A stretch of DNA of 63,063 nt, the filler included, from Nemertoderma westbladi (Eukaryota > Animalia > Xenacoelomorpha): the NCBI GenBank assembly GCA_032718475.1. It is 4 parts of 4 records of this genome, joined end to end, with 100 filler letters (N's around TTAATTAATTAA, not from the genome) between each part and the next. Parts side by side here need not be neighbours in the genome. Positions count along the whole stretch, not along the records: positions 24,577 to 42,803 come from JAUCBJ010002002.1; positions 42,904 to 59,750 come from JAUCBJ010004067.1; 2 more parts are not named here. One strand, 5' to 3'. Numbering within the stretch: the stretch's first letter is position 1; each line of letters begins with the position of its first letter. This document shows positions 37,789 through 51,280 of this stretch, one piece after another. Both the position numbers and the translations under genes were made by a program. The notes beneath the pieces were generated by a model. It saw only the letters and a program-made list of their open reading frames with translations. It did no database searches and had not been told where the DNA came from.

Positions 37789-38732
37789 AAAACAAAGATA
37801 ATGGGCTATATAGTTATATATAATCCCAACCAGAAATAATGTTCAATCACGTTACCGGTATCAATTGAAGTTGAAATTGGAGTTTTTTTATTACACCAAA
37901 ACACTATTATTATTATTCGACGCCCCGGTGCTACAGTATAATTAAAATGGTCAGACTGGTTATATATAAATGGTTATAAAAACACACATAACATAATTCG
38001 TTGTAATATATACTATTAAAATAAGTTAAAACATATAAAATTCATTACTCTATAAAATTATATGATACCTGTCATAATCGTCACAATAAACACAATCGTG
38101 GCAATAAAACAATACACAATTTAACACCATTATGTCACAAAATATTTTAGAATCGATTTCGAACTCACATTTAAAGTAAAAGTAAAACATTACTAACAAA
38201 AGTAGCACATTTAATGTACATTCTAGTTAAAACTTTCATATGTACAGTAAAACATAAAACTTCAATAAAATATGCCTCTCGCATTCATTAAAATAATGAA
38301 TATAATTTTTCATATAATAATAAATTACCAGGTGATAAATGATTTTTACCCAGGCAGTTAGGGTGACAATGGGGTTCACGACTCAAATTCAAAACCAGAT
38401 TAATTAGATGCAATAATATCACAGAAACACAATGGCGTTTACAGAATTCAATAAGATGCTAAAATAGCTGAGATATTTTTGTTTTCAGTTTAAAAATTAT
38501 TCAAAATTTGAAAACGATCTGTGATTGGTCGTGACGTCACTGTACGCCTCGGGATCCCATTGATATCAACATTCAGATACCCAATACTATCTTTGTGTAA
38601 ATTACAGTACAAATTAGGCAGTTTATTACACAGGTACTACTGCTACATTAGTACTGTAGCACAGTGCAGCAATAACCCGTACAAGGACAAGCTTTCCAGT
38701 ACTCAGTACTGCATTACTTGTTTATTTATATT

Positions 38733-41700
38733 ATATGGCGAACGGAGAGTACCTGGGACAACAGCAAGAACTAGCGAATATGGCGAACGGAGAGTACTTG
38801 GGACAACAGCAAGAACTAGCGAATATGGCGAACGGAGAGTACCCGGGACAACGGCAAGAACTAGCGAATATGGCGAACGGAGAGTACTTGGGACAACGGC
38901 AAGAACTAGCGAATATGGCGAACGGAGAGTACTTGCAACTTGGGACAACAGCAAGAACTAGCGAATATGGCGAACGGAGAGTACTTGGGACAACAGCAAA
39001 AACTAGCGAATATGGCGAACGGAGAGTACTTGGGACAACAGCAAGAACTAGCGAATATGGCGAACGGAGAGTACCCGGGACAACGGCAAGAACTAGCGAA
39101 TATGGCGAACGGAGAGTACTTGGGACAACGGCAAGAACTAGCGAATATGGCGAACGGAGAGTACTTGAGGACAACAGCAAGAACTAGCGAATATGGCGAA
39201 CGGAGAGTACTTGGGACAACAGCAAGAACTAGCGAATATGGCGAACGGAGAGTACTTGGGACAACAGCAAGAACTAGCGAATATGGCGAACGGAGAGTAC
39301 TCTGGGACAACAGCAAGAACTAGCGAATATGGCGAACGGAGAGTACTTGGGACAACAGCAAGAACTAGCGAATATGGCGAACGGAGAGTACTTGCAACTT
39401 GGGACAACAGCAAGAACTAGCGAATATGGCGAACGGAGAGTACTTGCAACTTGGGACAACAGCAAGAACTAGCGAATATGGCGAACGGAGAGTACTTGCA
39501 ACTTGGGACAACAGCAAGAACTAGCGAATATGGCGAACGGAGAGTACTTGCAACTTGGGACAACAGCAAGAACTAGCGAATATGGCGAACGGAGAGTACT
39601 TGCAACTTGGGACAACAGCAAGAACTAGCGAATATGGCGAACGGAGAGTACTTGCAACTTGGGACAACAGCAAGAACTAGCGAATATGGCGAACGGAGAG
39701 TACTTGCAACTTGGGACAACAGCAAGAACTAGCGAATATGGCGAACGGAGAGTACTTGGGACAACAGCAAGAACTAGCGAATATGGCGAACGGAGAGTAC
39801 TTGGGACAACAGCAAGAACTAGCGAATATGGCGAACGGAGAGTACCCGGGACAACGGCAAGAACTAGCGAATATGGCGAACGGAGAGTACTTGGGACAAC
39901 AGCAAGAACTAGCGAATATGGCGAACGGAGAGTACTCCTGGGACAACAGCAAGAACTAGCGAATATGGCGAACGGAGAGTACTTGGGACAACAGCAAGAA
40001 CTAGCGAATATGGCGAACGGAGAGTACCCTTGGGACAACAGCAAGAACTAGCGAATATGGCGAACGGAGAGTACTTGGGACAACAGCAAGAACTAGCGAA
40101 TATGGCGAACGGAGAGTACTTGGGACAACAGCAAGAACTAGCGAATATGGCGAACGGAGAGTACTTGGGACAACAGCAAGAACTAGCGAATATGGCGAAC
40201 GGAGAGTACCCGGGACAACGGCAAGAACTAGCGAATATGGCGAACGGAGAGTACTTGGGACAACAGCAAGAACTAGCGAATATGGCGAACGGAGAGTACT
40301 TGGGACAACAGCAAGAACTAGCGAATATGGCGAACGGAGAGTACTTGGGACAACAGCAAGAACTAGCGAATATGGCGAACGGAGAGTACTTCCGGGACAA
40401 CAGCAAGAACTAGCGAATATGGCGAACGGAGAGTACTTGGGACAACAGCAAGAACTAGCGAATATGGCGAACGGAGAGTACTTGGGACAACAGCAAGAAC
40501 TAGCGAATATGGCGAACGGAGAGTACCTTGGGACAACAGCAAGAACTAGCGAATATGGCGAACGGAGAGTACTTGGGACAACAGCAAGAACTAGCGAATA
40601 TGGCGAACGGAGAGTACCTTGGGACAACAGCAAGAACTAGCGAATATGGCGAACGGAGAGTACTTGGGACAACAGCAAGAACTAGCGAATATGGCGAACG
40701 GAGAGTACCCTTGGGACAACAGCAAGAACTAGCGAATATGGCGAACGGAGAGTACTTCCGGGACAACAGCAAGAACTAGCGAATATGGCGAACGGAGAGT
40801 ACTTGGGACAACAGCAAGAACTAGCGAATATGGCGAACGGAGAGTACTTGGGACAACAGCAAGAACTAGCGAATATGGCGAACGGAGAGTACCCTTGGGA
40901 CAACAGCAAGAACTAGCGAATATGGCGAACGGAGAGTACTTGGGACAACAGCAAGAACTAGCGAATATGGCGAACGGAGAGTACTCCTGGGACAACAGCA
41001 AGAACTAGCGAATATGGCGAACGGAGAGTACTTGGGACAACAGCAAGAACTAGCGAATATGGCGAACGGAGAGTACTTGGGACAACAGCAAGAACTAGCG
41101 AATATGGCGAACGGAGAGTACTTGGGACAACAGCAAGAACTAGCGAATATGGCGAACGGAGAGTACCCGGGACAACAGCAAGAACTAGCGAATATGGCGA
41201 ACGGAGAGTACTTGGGACAACAGCAAGAACTAGCGAATATGGCGAACGGAGAGTACTTGGGACAACAGCAAGAACTAGCGAATATGGCGAACGGAGAGTA
41301 CTTGGGACAACAGCAAGAACTAGCGAATATGGCGAACGGAGAGTACTTGGGACAACAGCAAGAACTAGCGAATATGGCGAACGGAGAGTACTTGGGACAA
41401 CAGCAAGAACTAGCGAATATGGCGAACGGAGAGTACTTGGGACAACAGCAAGAACTAGCGAATATGGCGAACGGAGAGTACTTGGGACAACAGCAAGAAC
41501 TAGCGAATATGGCGAACGGAGAGTACTTGGGACAACAGCAAGAACTAGCGAATATGGCGAACGGAGAGTACTTGGGACAACAGCAAGAACTAGCGAATAT
41601 GGCGAACGGAGAGTACTTGGGACAACAGCAAGAACTAGCGAATATGGCGAACGGAGAGTACTTGGGACAACAGCAAGAACTAGCGAATATGGCGAACGGA

Positions 41701-42803
41701 GAGTACTTGGGACAACAGCAAGAACTAGCGAATATGGCGAACGGAGAGTACTTGGGACAACAGCAAGAACTAGCGAATATGGCGAACGGAGAGTACTTGG
41801 GACAACAGCAAGAACTAGCGAATATGGCGAACGGAGAGTACTTGGGACAACAGCAAGAACTAGCGAATATGGCGAACGGAGAGTACCCTTGGGACAACAG
41901 CAAGAACTAGCGAATATGGCGAACGGAGAGTACTTGGGACAACAGCAAGAACTAGCGAATATGGCGAACGGAGAGTACTTGGGACAACAGCAAGAACTAG
42001 CGAATATGGCGAACGGAGAGTACTTGGGACAACAGCAAGAACTAGCGAATATGGCGAACGGAGAGTACTTGGGACAACAGCAAGAACTAGCGAATATGGC
42101 GAACGGAGAGTACTTGGGACAACAGCAAGAACTAGCGAATATGGCGAACGGAGAGTACTTGGGACAACAGCAAGAACTAGCGAATATGGCGAACGGAGAG
42201 TACTTGGGACAACAGCAAGAACTAGCGAATATGGCGAACGGAGAGTACCCGGGACAACAGCAAGAACTAGCGAATATGGCGAACGGAGAGTACTTGGGAC
42301 AACAGCAAGAACTAGCGAATATGGCGAACGGAGAGTACTTGGGACAACAGCAAGAACTAGCGAATATGGCGAACGGAGAGTACTTGGGACAACAGCAAGA
42401 ACTAGCGAATATGGCGAACGGAGAGTACTTGGGACAACAGCAAGAACTAGCGAATATGGCGAACGGAGAGTACTTGGGACAACAGCAAGAACTAGCGAAT
42501 ATGGCGAACGGAGAGTACTTGGGACAACAGCAAGAACTAGCGAATATGGCGAACGGAGAGTACTTGGGACAACAGCAAGAACTAGCGAATATGGCGAACG
42601 GAGAGTACCCTTGGGACAACAGCAAGAACTAGCGAATATGGCGAACGGAGAGTACTTGGGACAACAGCAAGAACTAGCGAATATGGCGAACGGAGAGTAC
42701 CTGGGACAACGGCAAGAACTAGCGAATATGGCGAACGGAGAGTACTTGGGGCAACGAGCAAGGACTAGCGAATATGGCGAACGGAGAGTACTTGGGACAA
42801 CAG
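38733..42803. repeat. 45-bp tandem satellite, about 90 copies, running into a gap
   Basis: Unit GGCGAACGGAGAGTACTTGGGACAACAGCAAGAACTAGCGAATAT; length variants at one site; no unique spacers. Confidence 0.97.
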
Positions 42804-42903
42804 NNNNNNNNNNNNNNNNNNNNNNNNNNNNNNNNNNNNNNNNNNNNTTAATTAATTAANNNNNNNNNNNNNNNNNNNNNNNNNNNNNNNNNNNNNNNNN
42901 NNN
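42804..42903. other. Scaffold gap with artificial linker
   Basis: N run with TTAATTAATTAA. Confidence 0.98.
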
Positions 42904-44807
42904 ACTACTTTCTATCCCTAAATTTGTGATAGAAAGTGCAAAATTCTAGCTCAGTCGACCGACAGGTGCTGTGTTATTAGTTCGAGACCTAATGGCAGGG
43001 AAATAATAAAACATGGGCAGTAAAACTTTAAAGTGCTAATTATGAACAGTGGAGAATTTAATTTTATCTATTTGTGGGGAATTATTTGTAGTTATATGCT
43101 CTTAAACTTTCTAGAACAACCAAATAATGACATACTGGAAATACTGTACATAGTAAATGTATGGCGTGGAGATATGGTAGTGCGAAATTAATTTTTTTTT
43201 ACCGGAAACTAGTTTTATAAATATAGGCCCTAGATAGATAAAAAAAAAGGATAAATTAGTTGTAGATAAAATAGTTGTTGATAAAAAAAAAGAAATAATT
43301 TCAGAAATAACTTCTTGTCACTACTGTAATTTAATTTAACCGAAATTCAGATGTTCTGCCCTCGTGTATTGAATTTTGCATTCGATGGCATTTTAGGTGC
43401 AATTCCTGCAAAACCTAAAACTCTCGGACAGCACAATTGAATTGGGGTAAATTAAAATTAGCGACAAAAAGTGCTTATTTCCGAGACTGTTCTTATGAGA
43501 ACATTACTTTCTCAGCAAGTCAAATCTAGATCAGAAATATTATATCTTTGCACTAAGCCCACACTTACGGTGTTTATATTTCTCAGCAAGTCCTGTAAAG
43601 ATAAGTACCCTGCGAAACCTACAGCAAATAAATAACACATTCCCACGATCCGATCAAAATTGCTAAATACCTACAGGGGCCAGTCAGCCTTAAGGGGGCC
43701 AACTATAACCCCCACAGAAATGAAATTTTCGAAAATTTACACAATTTTTTGTAGTTTGATAGAAGGGCTTTCATAAGGTGATGTCGGTTTTCAACAGTGA
43801 ATTATTTTTTGACCTCAAAACTGCTCTTTTCAACAACATAATATTATATTGCTGATATTTATGATTCTCTATATAAAACAACCTTTTTATCAGTTTGTCG
43901 ATTTTGACTTTTTTCATCACTAAATTCCCTACTATATACTATTTTATTTTTTACTCAATTGTCATCCAACATACAAAATGTTCAGCAGCTTTAGGACTAC
44001 TATCGTTGGTTTTGTAAAACATGGCCATTTGGATCTTCTAGAACCGATTTTGTAACTGCTACACTTTGTCTATCACAAAATATTTATTCTCAAAATATAG
44101 CCCGGAAATACTAAAACCCCCCTAAATTTTTCAAAAACAATAATTTTGTGCTAAAATTATCATAGAAGATAGCCTACATTTTTAGGTCCATTTTACCAAA
44201 GTCTTGGACCAAGAACTTCAATGCAGGGTATTACAGATCCTTAAACATGAGCTAATTTACATAGAAATGCCACAAATTTATAGAATTTTTTAAAAAACCG
44301 ACCTGCTCAAAAAGTGCCATATTTTTCGAACAAACGGTTTATGAAGCTACTGTATCTATACTCAGTTTTAATAGTATATATAAGATCACAGATAATTGTA
44401 TTAAAGTTTCAGAATAGTAGCTTTATAAATAAAACAAATAGATTTGGGGCAATGGTCCCATTAATATATTAAAAATTAAAGCTTGAGAAGTTCTACCAAA
44501 ACCATTACACATTTTATAATAAAGGTTTTATAGGCATAATATGCCGTTTAGTAATGTTCAAAATTCTTGATGAAAACTATTTTTGCGAAGTACTTATTAT
44601 TAAAGTACTTGGTACTTATTTGCACGCAGTAATCCGACGAAAATACTTCACAACCTTCACATCAACATCTTTCCTTCACAACATTTTCACAATTTCAGTT
44701 GTTTTTAGCAGCTTTTTCTTTTGAAAGGGTTTGCGGAAAAATATCAATATTCGGGCCATTTTTGGAAATTACTAAAATGCGCCGAAGGGCCACCAGAGCT
44801 GAATCCG

Positions 44808-45005
44808 GCACTGCCACTCAGCCCTACCCACCTATTGCATCGCAGTATCGGAGTATTGCTGCATTGCTGCTTAAGTTCATTAAGTTGAAATGTGTACCGG
44901 TCAGCGGTAGGTTTACTCAACTTAATGAACTTAAGCAACAATACAGCAATAGGCCTACTCCGATACTGCTAAGCAATAAATGGACATGGCTGAGTTGGTG
45001 AGTGC
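44808..45005. repeat. ~200-bp imperfect hairpin (probable MITE)
   Basis: GCAGTATCGGAGTATTGCTG..GCTTAAGTTCATTAAGTTGA mirrored by TCAACTTAATGAACTTAAGC..CAGCAATA[GGCCTA]CTCCGATACTGC. Confidence 0.8.
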
Positions 45006-45132
45006 TTGCATACGGGCTCGGGCAATCTACTAAGGTTGCAAAATTTCAAACAGTATTTTATCAATGTTAATGATCATTAATTTAAGTAATTGTAGACGCG
45101 CAAGACTCTCCGCTTTCTATTGATATAAGCCC

Positions 45133-46340
45133 CTACTACTACTACTACGATCGGCATGCTGCATTGAAGCTGCATTATATATATATATAATATTACATAA
45201 GGAACAAGATGGGTACAGTAAAACCTGACTGGCGAAATATATATATATAGAAACAATGTTTGTGGGGGGGGGGGGGGGTCTGTATGGACTTTGGGTTGTT
45301 ATTTACTGCTGTATTCATACCATTATATAACCTATCTATCATTAGACTGTGCAATATAGCCATTATAGATTTATTTGTTATGCAGGTTAGATATAGTAGT
45401 TCACTATTCTCACTTGGGTTCATTCTTATTTTGGTTGCATGTATTTTATTTAGGCTTTAGTGGTATCAGTTTTTGGGTTTCATCTATTTACTACCGGTCT
45501 GATTTGTTTTATTTCTCTATTTCAGTATTTGGTTTCATTTCCTGTATTATATTGGTCAATTGGTACTGTGTGTGCTGTATTTGGATAGAGGTAGGGACTC
45601 ACAGTACACTGCTGATGATGGAGCTGTGTTTCCCCGGCTACAGTGTTTAATTCCTGAAACCCTTTATTTTTATCAAATTTAGTATGTAGACTTACCCCTT
45701 ACGGCGGACAAAAAGTCCTGTATTTTCTAATATATAGGATAGTTATTCGTGCAGTTATTAAAGTGTTTATTTGTTTGTTTATTTGTTATGATGTGCCGGC
45801 TTGTCGACAAAATTGCGCCGCCACAACTCCCTATCACCCATGACATTTCTAGATCATTCGCATTTTCAAGGCCAGTGTCCTTTAAGATGTGTCTCAAGAA
45901 AGTCATGGACTGTCCACAATGCTTATTCGCTCCGTGAGGCTGCCAAAGCACAATATTATGCACTGGCTGGTCCTCACGGCGAAAGCAATGTCCAGCAAAG
46001 CGGAGGCGGTTCCGTTCAAGTGTCAAGCTAGGGGAGATTAATGGAACACCTCCAATGTTGTATAGAGTCTGATTTGGAGATGGGAGATGTGTTCATTGTA
46101 CTTGACACTATGAACCCGGCGCGGCGCAGCATTCTTGTGAAAGTGCCATCCAGAGATTTTGTATCCTCTGCAGTTAGAGCCCAGCATGGACTCCCATATA
46201 AGAGTACTGGTACTACCGCTGCCATAAATAATCGAACCTTACGGTTCCGTTTTATTCTATTTGACTTCCAAATCCTGGACAGATTATGTAACGATGCCCA
46301 TCCCCTTACGTATTCGAGATCCATGATCCCAAGTAGCCAC
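45133..46340 (-). mobile_element. Older, diverged RTE copy 5 with a ~610-bp insertion near its 3' end
   Basis: Tail and last ~30 bp at 45133-45177; RT C-terminus at 45790-46340 with frameshifts; unrelated sequence between. Confidence 0.8.
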
Positions 46341-48020
46341 GTGTGCAATGATTGAGATTAAATGTGTATTTGAATGGATCTGAAATCACCCTCCATAGAA
46401 ACCAATATAAGAAATTATCAGAACACTTCGTAGTGACGTGAAATATGTAGCAGCCAATCACAGCCGATTTTCAAAATTGACTTCCCGCGCTTACTTAAAC
46501 CCGCCATTTCAACCGTTTCCTCGAGTTTTTACAAAAAAAACACACCCCGCCACTCGATTCCGGGCACCTTGTTACCCCTTATTCGATTGTTTCTAGCCCA
46601 ACAACAATCGCGCACCAACCCTGTTTCTGTAACGCGTCTTGGACTACTTATACATTCCTTGTCATGTATGGGTGTCCCTGACAGGTTGTGTCTGGAGTGT
46701 GGGGTTCGGCTATAGGCGCTGTAGTGCAGAGGCAATATATATGATGGCTTGTTTGCCTTTGTCTGCGGCGTATTTTAGAACTGCAACAAGAGACAATAAT
46801 TAAAAAATTGGTATTATTTGCAGAAGTAAATTTTATCTTTGTCTTTTCAATTGTCTTTTGTGCAGCCCGAGATTATATTTCAGACGAAATAATTTAGAAT
46901 CGACGATCAAACAAACTGTTAATTGTCCTGTGTGTAACGGTTTAATTGACAGTCACAATTATAATTATGGCGGTAATGCAGGAGTTCCACTAATTGCTGT
47001 TACCCCTTATTCCTGTCAAATTGTTAAGGGTTATTGTTCTTGTGAGGGAATTATTTCCAAAGTGGACAATCAATATCTAATGTTAATGTATATAAAGTTC
47101 ATATGTAAGTTTATAAGAATTGGAAAGTTTAAGTTGTCATATGTCGAAGATTTGGTTGCGATATTAAATTTCCTTACATTATCGGGTCGCTAGGGAACGA
47201 ACAATCAGATTTGACTGCGATTTTGTCCGATATCATTTAATTAATATTATTATCTTAACTTTATATAATCTGATATGAGGAGGTGTAATATAAGATATTG
47301 GTTGGGTGGTTTGGTATGTATGTATGTATTTATTTATTGACTAATATTATACAGGTAACAATAATAAACTGATGGCAGCACATGCAATATGAGATAAGAT
47401 AATAGTCCTACGAGAAGCAAACAAAGTTAAATATACTGTAGTTGATAGATAAATATTGATTATAAGATAAATAACGTAATTAAGATTTAATTAAATAATG
47501 TGCACGAACAGTTTTACAGTAAATTGAGAATGAGGTGAAATTATATCTACGAGAATAAGTTAAATGTATACGTTAGCTGTAATTATAAAGGTATGAGGTA
47601 GTAATTGATTGAATTTTAAGTTATGTGACGTGCAGACATGGAAGCAAAATAACAATATGTTATAATATATTATAAATAGTAAATTATAAATACTAAATTA
47701 TAAATATATAAATAAATATGAATAAGTAGTATGTTTAAATAGTTGTAATTCTAGCGTTATTAACTCAAGTTAGTTAATTATATAAATATAAATAAATAAA
47801 TAGGCTCAGTGCAAATATAGTTATGTGTGGCAAAGTACTAACAGGTATATGGATTAAATAAATATATATAAATAAATAAATTAAATAAGTTAAAGTATAA
47901 GTTGATAAATATACTGGTGCGAGGCGGGGTTAGCTTGCCCTATAGATAATTAGGCCTTAATAATATATATTACAGACAAGTAAGATAAACAAATAGACAG
48001 TTCGATTAAGAGACAATTAT

Positions 48021-51000
48021 TTATTTAAGTTTGCGCTCTTTTATTAGTTTGTTAATAAAGGTTGGTACACCCGGTCTTTCAAATAAATTGTCTAAGGCTG
48101 GTGTTTCTGCTCCTATAAAATTGTATCTGCTGTCCGAATAGTTCTGACATTCTAGTAGGAAATGCTCCTCTGTTTCAATGCTGCCGCAAGCGCACAGACG
48201 TGATTCGCGCGGAGTTCTATTGTGGCGACCCTGTTCGATTGCGAGGGTATGAGAAGACGTTCGCAAGCGTGAAAAGGCTTGAATATCTGCATTAGAATAT
48301 AATAGAGAATACGCAATATTTCCGCACTTTAGTTTTATAGGGGATTTGTTTACAGTAGAAATGTTAGCAGCTATTAAAGAGCATTTTGAAGGGTTGAGGG
48401 ATATATGTAATTCCTATTGCAGTAATCTTCAAGCATATTCATTTTCTTTTCAGCTCCTTTGCGGTCCTCTGCAAGGATTATTGTATCATCTGCTGTATCA
48501 TGTGATGGTTGCCGATGAAAGATTTGGGGTTAGATATTTGAAGATAGAAAGTAAGCTGAGGGTGTAGACAATAAATAATATCGGGGACGAGGGCGCCCCC
48601 TGGCGGATTCCGGAGAGTAGCTGGATTAGGTGTGAGTATTGCGAGTTCAGTTCGACTATAACTGTCGTGTTGACATATAAAGCCATTAGTGCAATTAGTA
48701 AGGTGGTACCGCAACCTATGGCGGCAAACTTTAAAAATAGTATGCGACGACTAACTGTGTCAAATGCTGCACTGGAATCGGTCAGGATAATACAGAGTGA
48801 ATTCTTTGTCTGGATAATTTTTACTGCAAGCACATGATGAGCACAGCTCCTACCCGTCTGAAAAGCTGTCTGCGCGCCAGGAATTTTCAGCCATCTCGTA
48901 GACGTATGCATAGAGTAAGGTCGTAAAGTTTTGCTAATATTGGCATTAGGCTGATACCACGGACATTACTTGGTAAGGCCAATTTTCCTTTCTTTGGCAG
49001 GGCGAGAAGATGCGAAAACCAGCATGCTGGGTAGGCACCAAGACCACTTCGGAATAAGAGATTAAATAAGCATAGGAAGTAAGGCATAAACTGAGGCATA
49101 GTGTCCCTGAGTGTAGAAGATGAGATCCCATCAGAAGAGCTGCTATTTGGGTTTAGCTTTGTGGTCGCATGTAGTATCTCTTCTTCGGTAATGTCTTTGT
49201 CTAACTCTGCGTTGGGTGGCGAGGTTGCAGCAATATCATGTAGGTCACATTCTGATTCGTTTATATTAAAGTGTTTTTCAAAATGTTGAGATAAGGACTC
49301 CAGATTAATAGCATTACTTTCTATTGGTTTTATGGAGTTGATTTTACCCTTGAAATCGATTATTTGCCATAGTTGCCTAGAGTCCGTGTTTTTCGCACAC
49401 TCAGACCATGAGTCTAGCTCATGTATAGCTATTTTTGATAAATAATTGTTTGTAATACCAGTTTCAGGGATTTCTGAACCTCTAATACTATTAAAGTATT
49501 CTTTGAGTTTTGTATCACAAGGAATAAAAACCCTATCTCCATTGTGTTTGTTTTTACAGTACGTTGTTTTCACTGCAGTGGCAAGTGTGGATTGGAAAAT
49601 TTCGGCGCCCATGTGTGTATTCATAGTTTCAAACAATGATAGGGGTGGGAGTGTTTGGGAAAGACTTTCATTCAGGGTTTTTGTGTCCACACAATACGCT
49701 GGAAATGAGGGCCGTTTAGTATGGTTGTTGGGTTCCTTATGTATGTCTTTCATACCAAGTGCCGTTGAGTGAAGTTTATCAGGGTGTTTTACACCGTAAA
49801 ATAAAGTAATTGGTAAGTGGTCTGATAGAGGTGGAGCGTTTCGGAGAATAGTGAATGACAATTTTTGGATGGGCACAAATGCGTTTCTAAGGCACCAGTC
49901 CAGCTGGCTGTGGTACTCTCCTCGGGCAAATGTAAAGCCTCCGTCATTTGATTCACCATTTTTATTAATAAGATGGTTGATTGGTGTAATTTCATATGAT
50001 TTAATAAGGTCTACCATTTCCGAACCTGACTGGTTGGTACGAGGGTCCGGGTTTAAAGAAAATTTATGTTTCAGTTTTAATTGATTTAGATCACCTAATC
50101 TAGCATTAAAATCACCGACTAAGATAGTATAGGGTATCCTATAGAATTATTAACATCAAGGATGGTTGAAATACTGGCAAAATATTGCTCTGAATAATAT
50201 GGTGAGTCATTAGGTGGAATATAAACAAAGATTAATGAAGTATTATCGAATAATCTTACTTGTATAACAGTCTGTGTAGAAACAGTTAACTGATATCACC
50301 CAGGCGTATATCGAGTTGTGTATGGATAGATGGCAACCACCCCGTGGGTAATCGGTGTTGCGGTTTTGGTCCGGGAATTCAAAGGATCGGAAGGTTGTTT
50401 GGTCAAGAAACAATGAGCGTTGTTTTTCTATGGTGTGAGTTTCGGAAAAAATATTATGTTGAACTCGGAGCAGAAATCAGCAATATCCGAACTACAAGAC
50501 CGCGCGATTGTTGCTCTTCCATTTATACTCCATGCTAGTATTTTCAGATCTAAAGTTTCGAAGGCAGCTAAACCCGAGTTTAAAAAACCGAGTTCGACGT
50601 GTTGATTTTATCGACTTCCCTATCGTCAACATAAAGCTTATTGTACTTTATCTCAGCATTTCGGCCGTCTCTTCTTAGTTTGTCTCTCTCCGAGTAGAGG
50701 CGCACAAATTCCTCTTGTTCTTCTTTAGATCTGTCTGGTTTTATGCGGACAGAAGACGCGGGCGGTTACCGGCTCCACGGTCAGTTGTGCCAAACTGCAT
50801 GTCAGGAAAACCCAGTGCGTCGAGTATTTCCCTTACAGTTAATTATCATCTTTTGTATGCGTAGAAGACTGGGTCCGTTTTTAGAGGAAGTAGATGTATT
50901 TGAGCGATATTCCTGAATACCGGTAAAGATTAGACGGATTTAAGATTTAAGGATTTAAGACGTTCGTTTTTATCTGAACGCGCAATATAACGTTGTTGTT

Positions 51001-51280
51001 CTGTCACAACCTCCTTTACCCGGGAGTTATCGTTTTTAGCGGTACTAAGCTCTTGCGCTAGCGTGTTACATTTTACTTCCAGCTCAGAAATACGTTGTAC
51101 ATAAGCCTCTTGCCGAGCGTCAATGATCGAGAGTTTTTTGTTGATCGGTGAGAATTTGTTGTCGAGTTTAGCATCAAGTAATTTGCCGAGTTTTTCCCGG
51201 TAGTTGTCCTGATCGTTCCCATCGTGATATTCGAAGTCAGGCAGTAGAGATCAGAACAATACACAGCAGTACGGTACCAT
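48021..51280 (-). mobile_element. Degenerate near-full-length LINE (ORF1, APE, RT, C-terminal Cys/His motif; RTEX- or CR1/L2-like)
   Basis: ORF1-like VRIKPDRSKEEQEEF near 50700; APE start LKILAWSING near 50545, VGDFNAR, SQLDW, SDHLPI; RT PKKG..RGISL, AFDTVSR, GIRQGAPSSP; C-terminal RTSSHTLAIEQGR..RLCACGSIETEEHFLLEC; multiple frameshifts and deletions. Confidence 0.85.

Noticed and set aside
38733-42803. CRISPR array or repetitive protein gene (MANGEYLGQQQELAN)n
   Set aside because: Head-to-tail repeats with no unique spacers and no cas genes; frames are open on both strands only because the unit is 45 bp, and length variants shift the frame repeatedly.
43690-44700. Kolobok-like element starting TTAAGGGGGCC
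   Set aside because: No matching opposite terminus found.
33045-45140. RTE target-site specificity (GGGGCT follows the tail in copies 3 and 5)
   Set aside because: The other four visible tails have unrelated flanks; two of six is insufficient.
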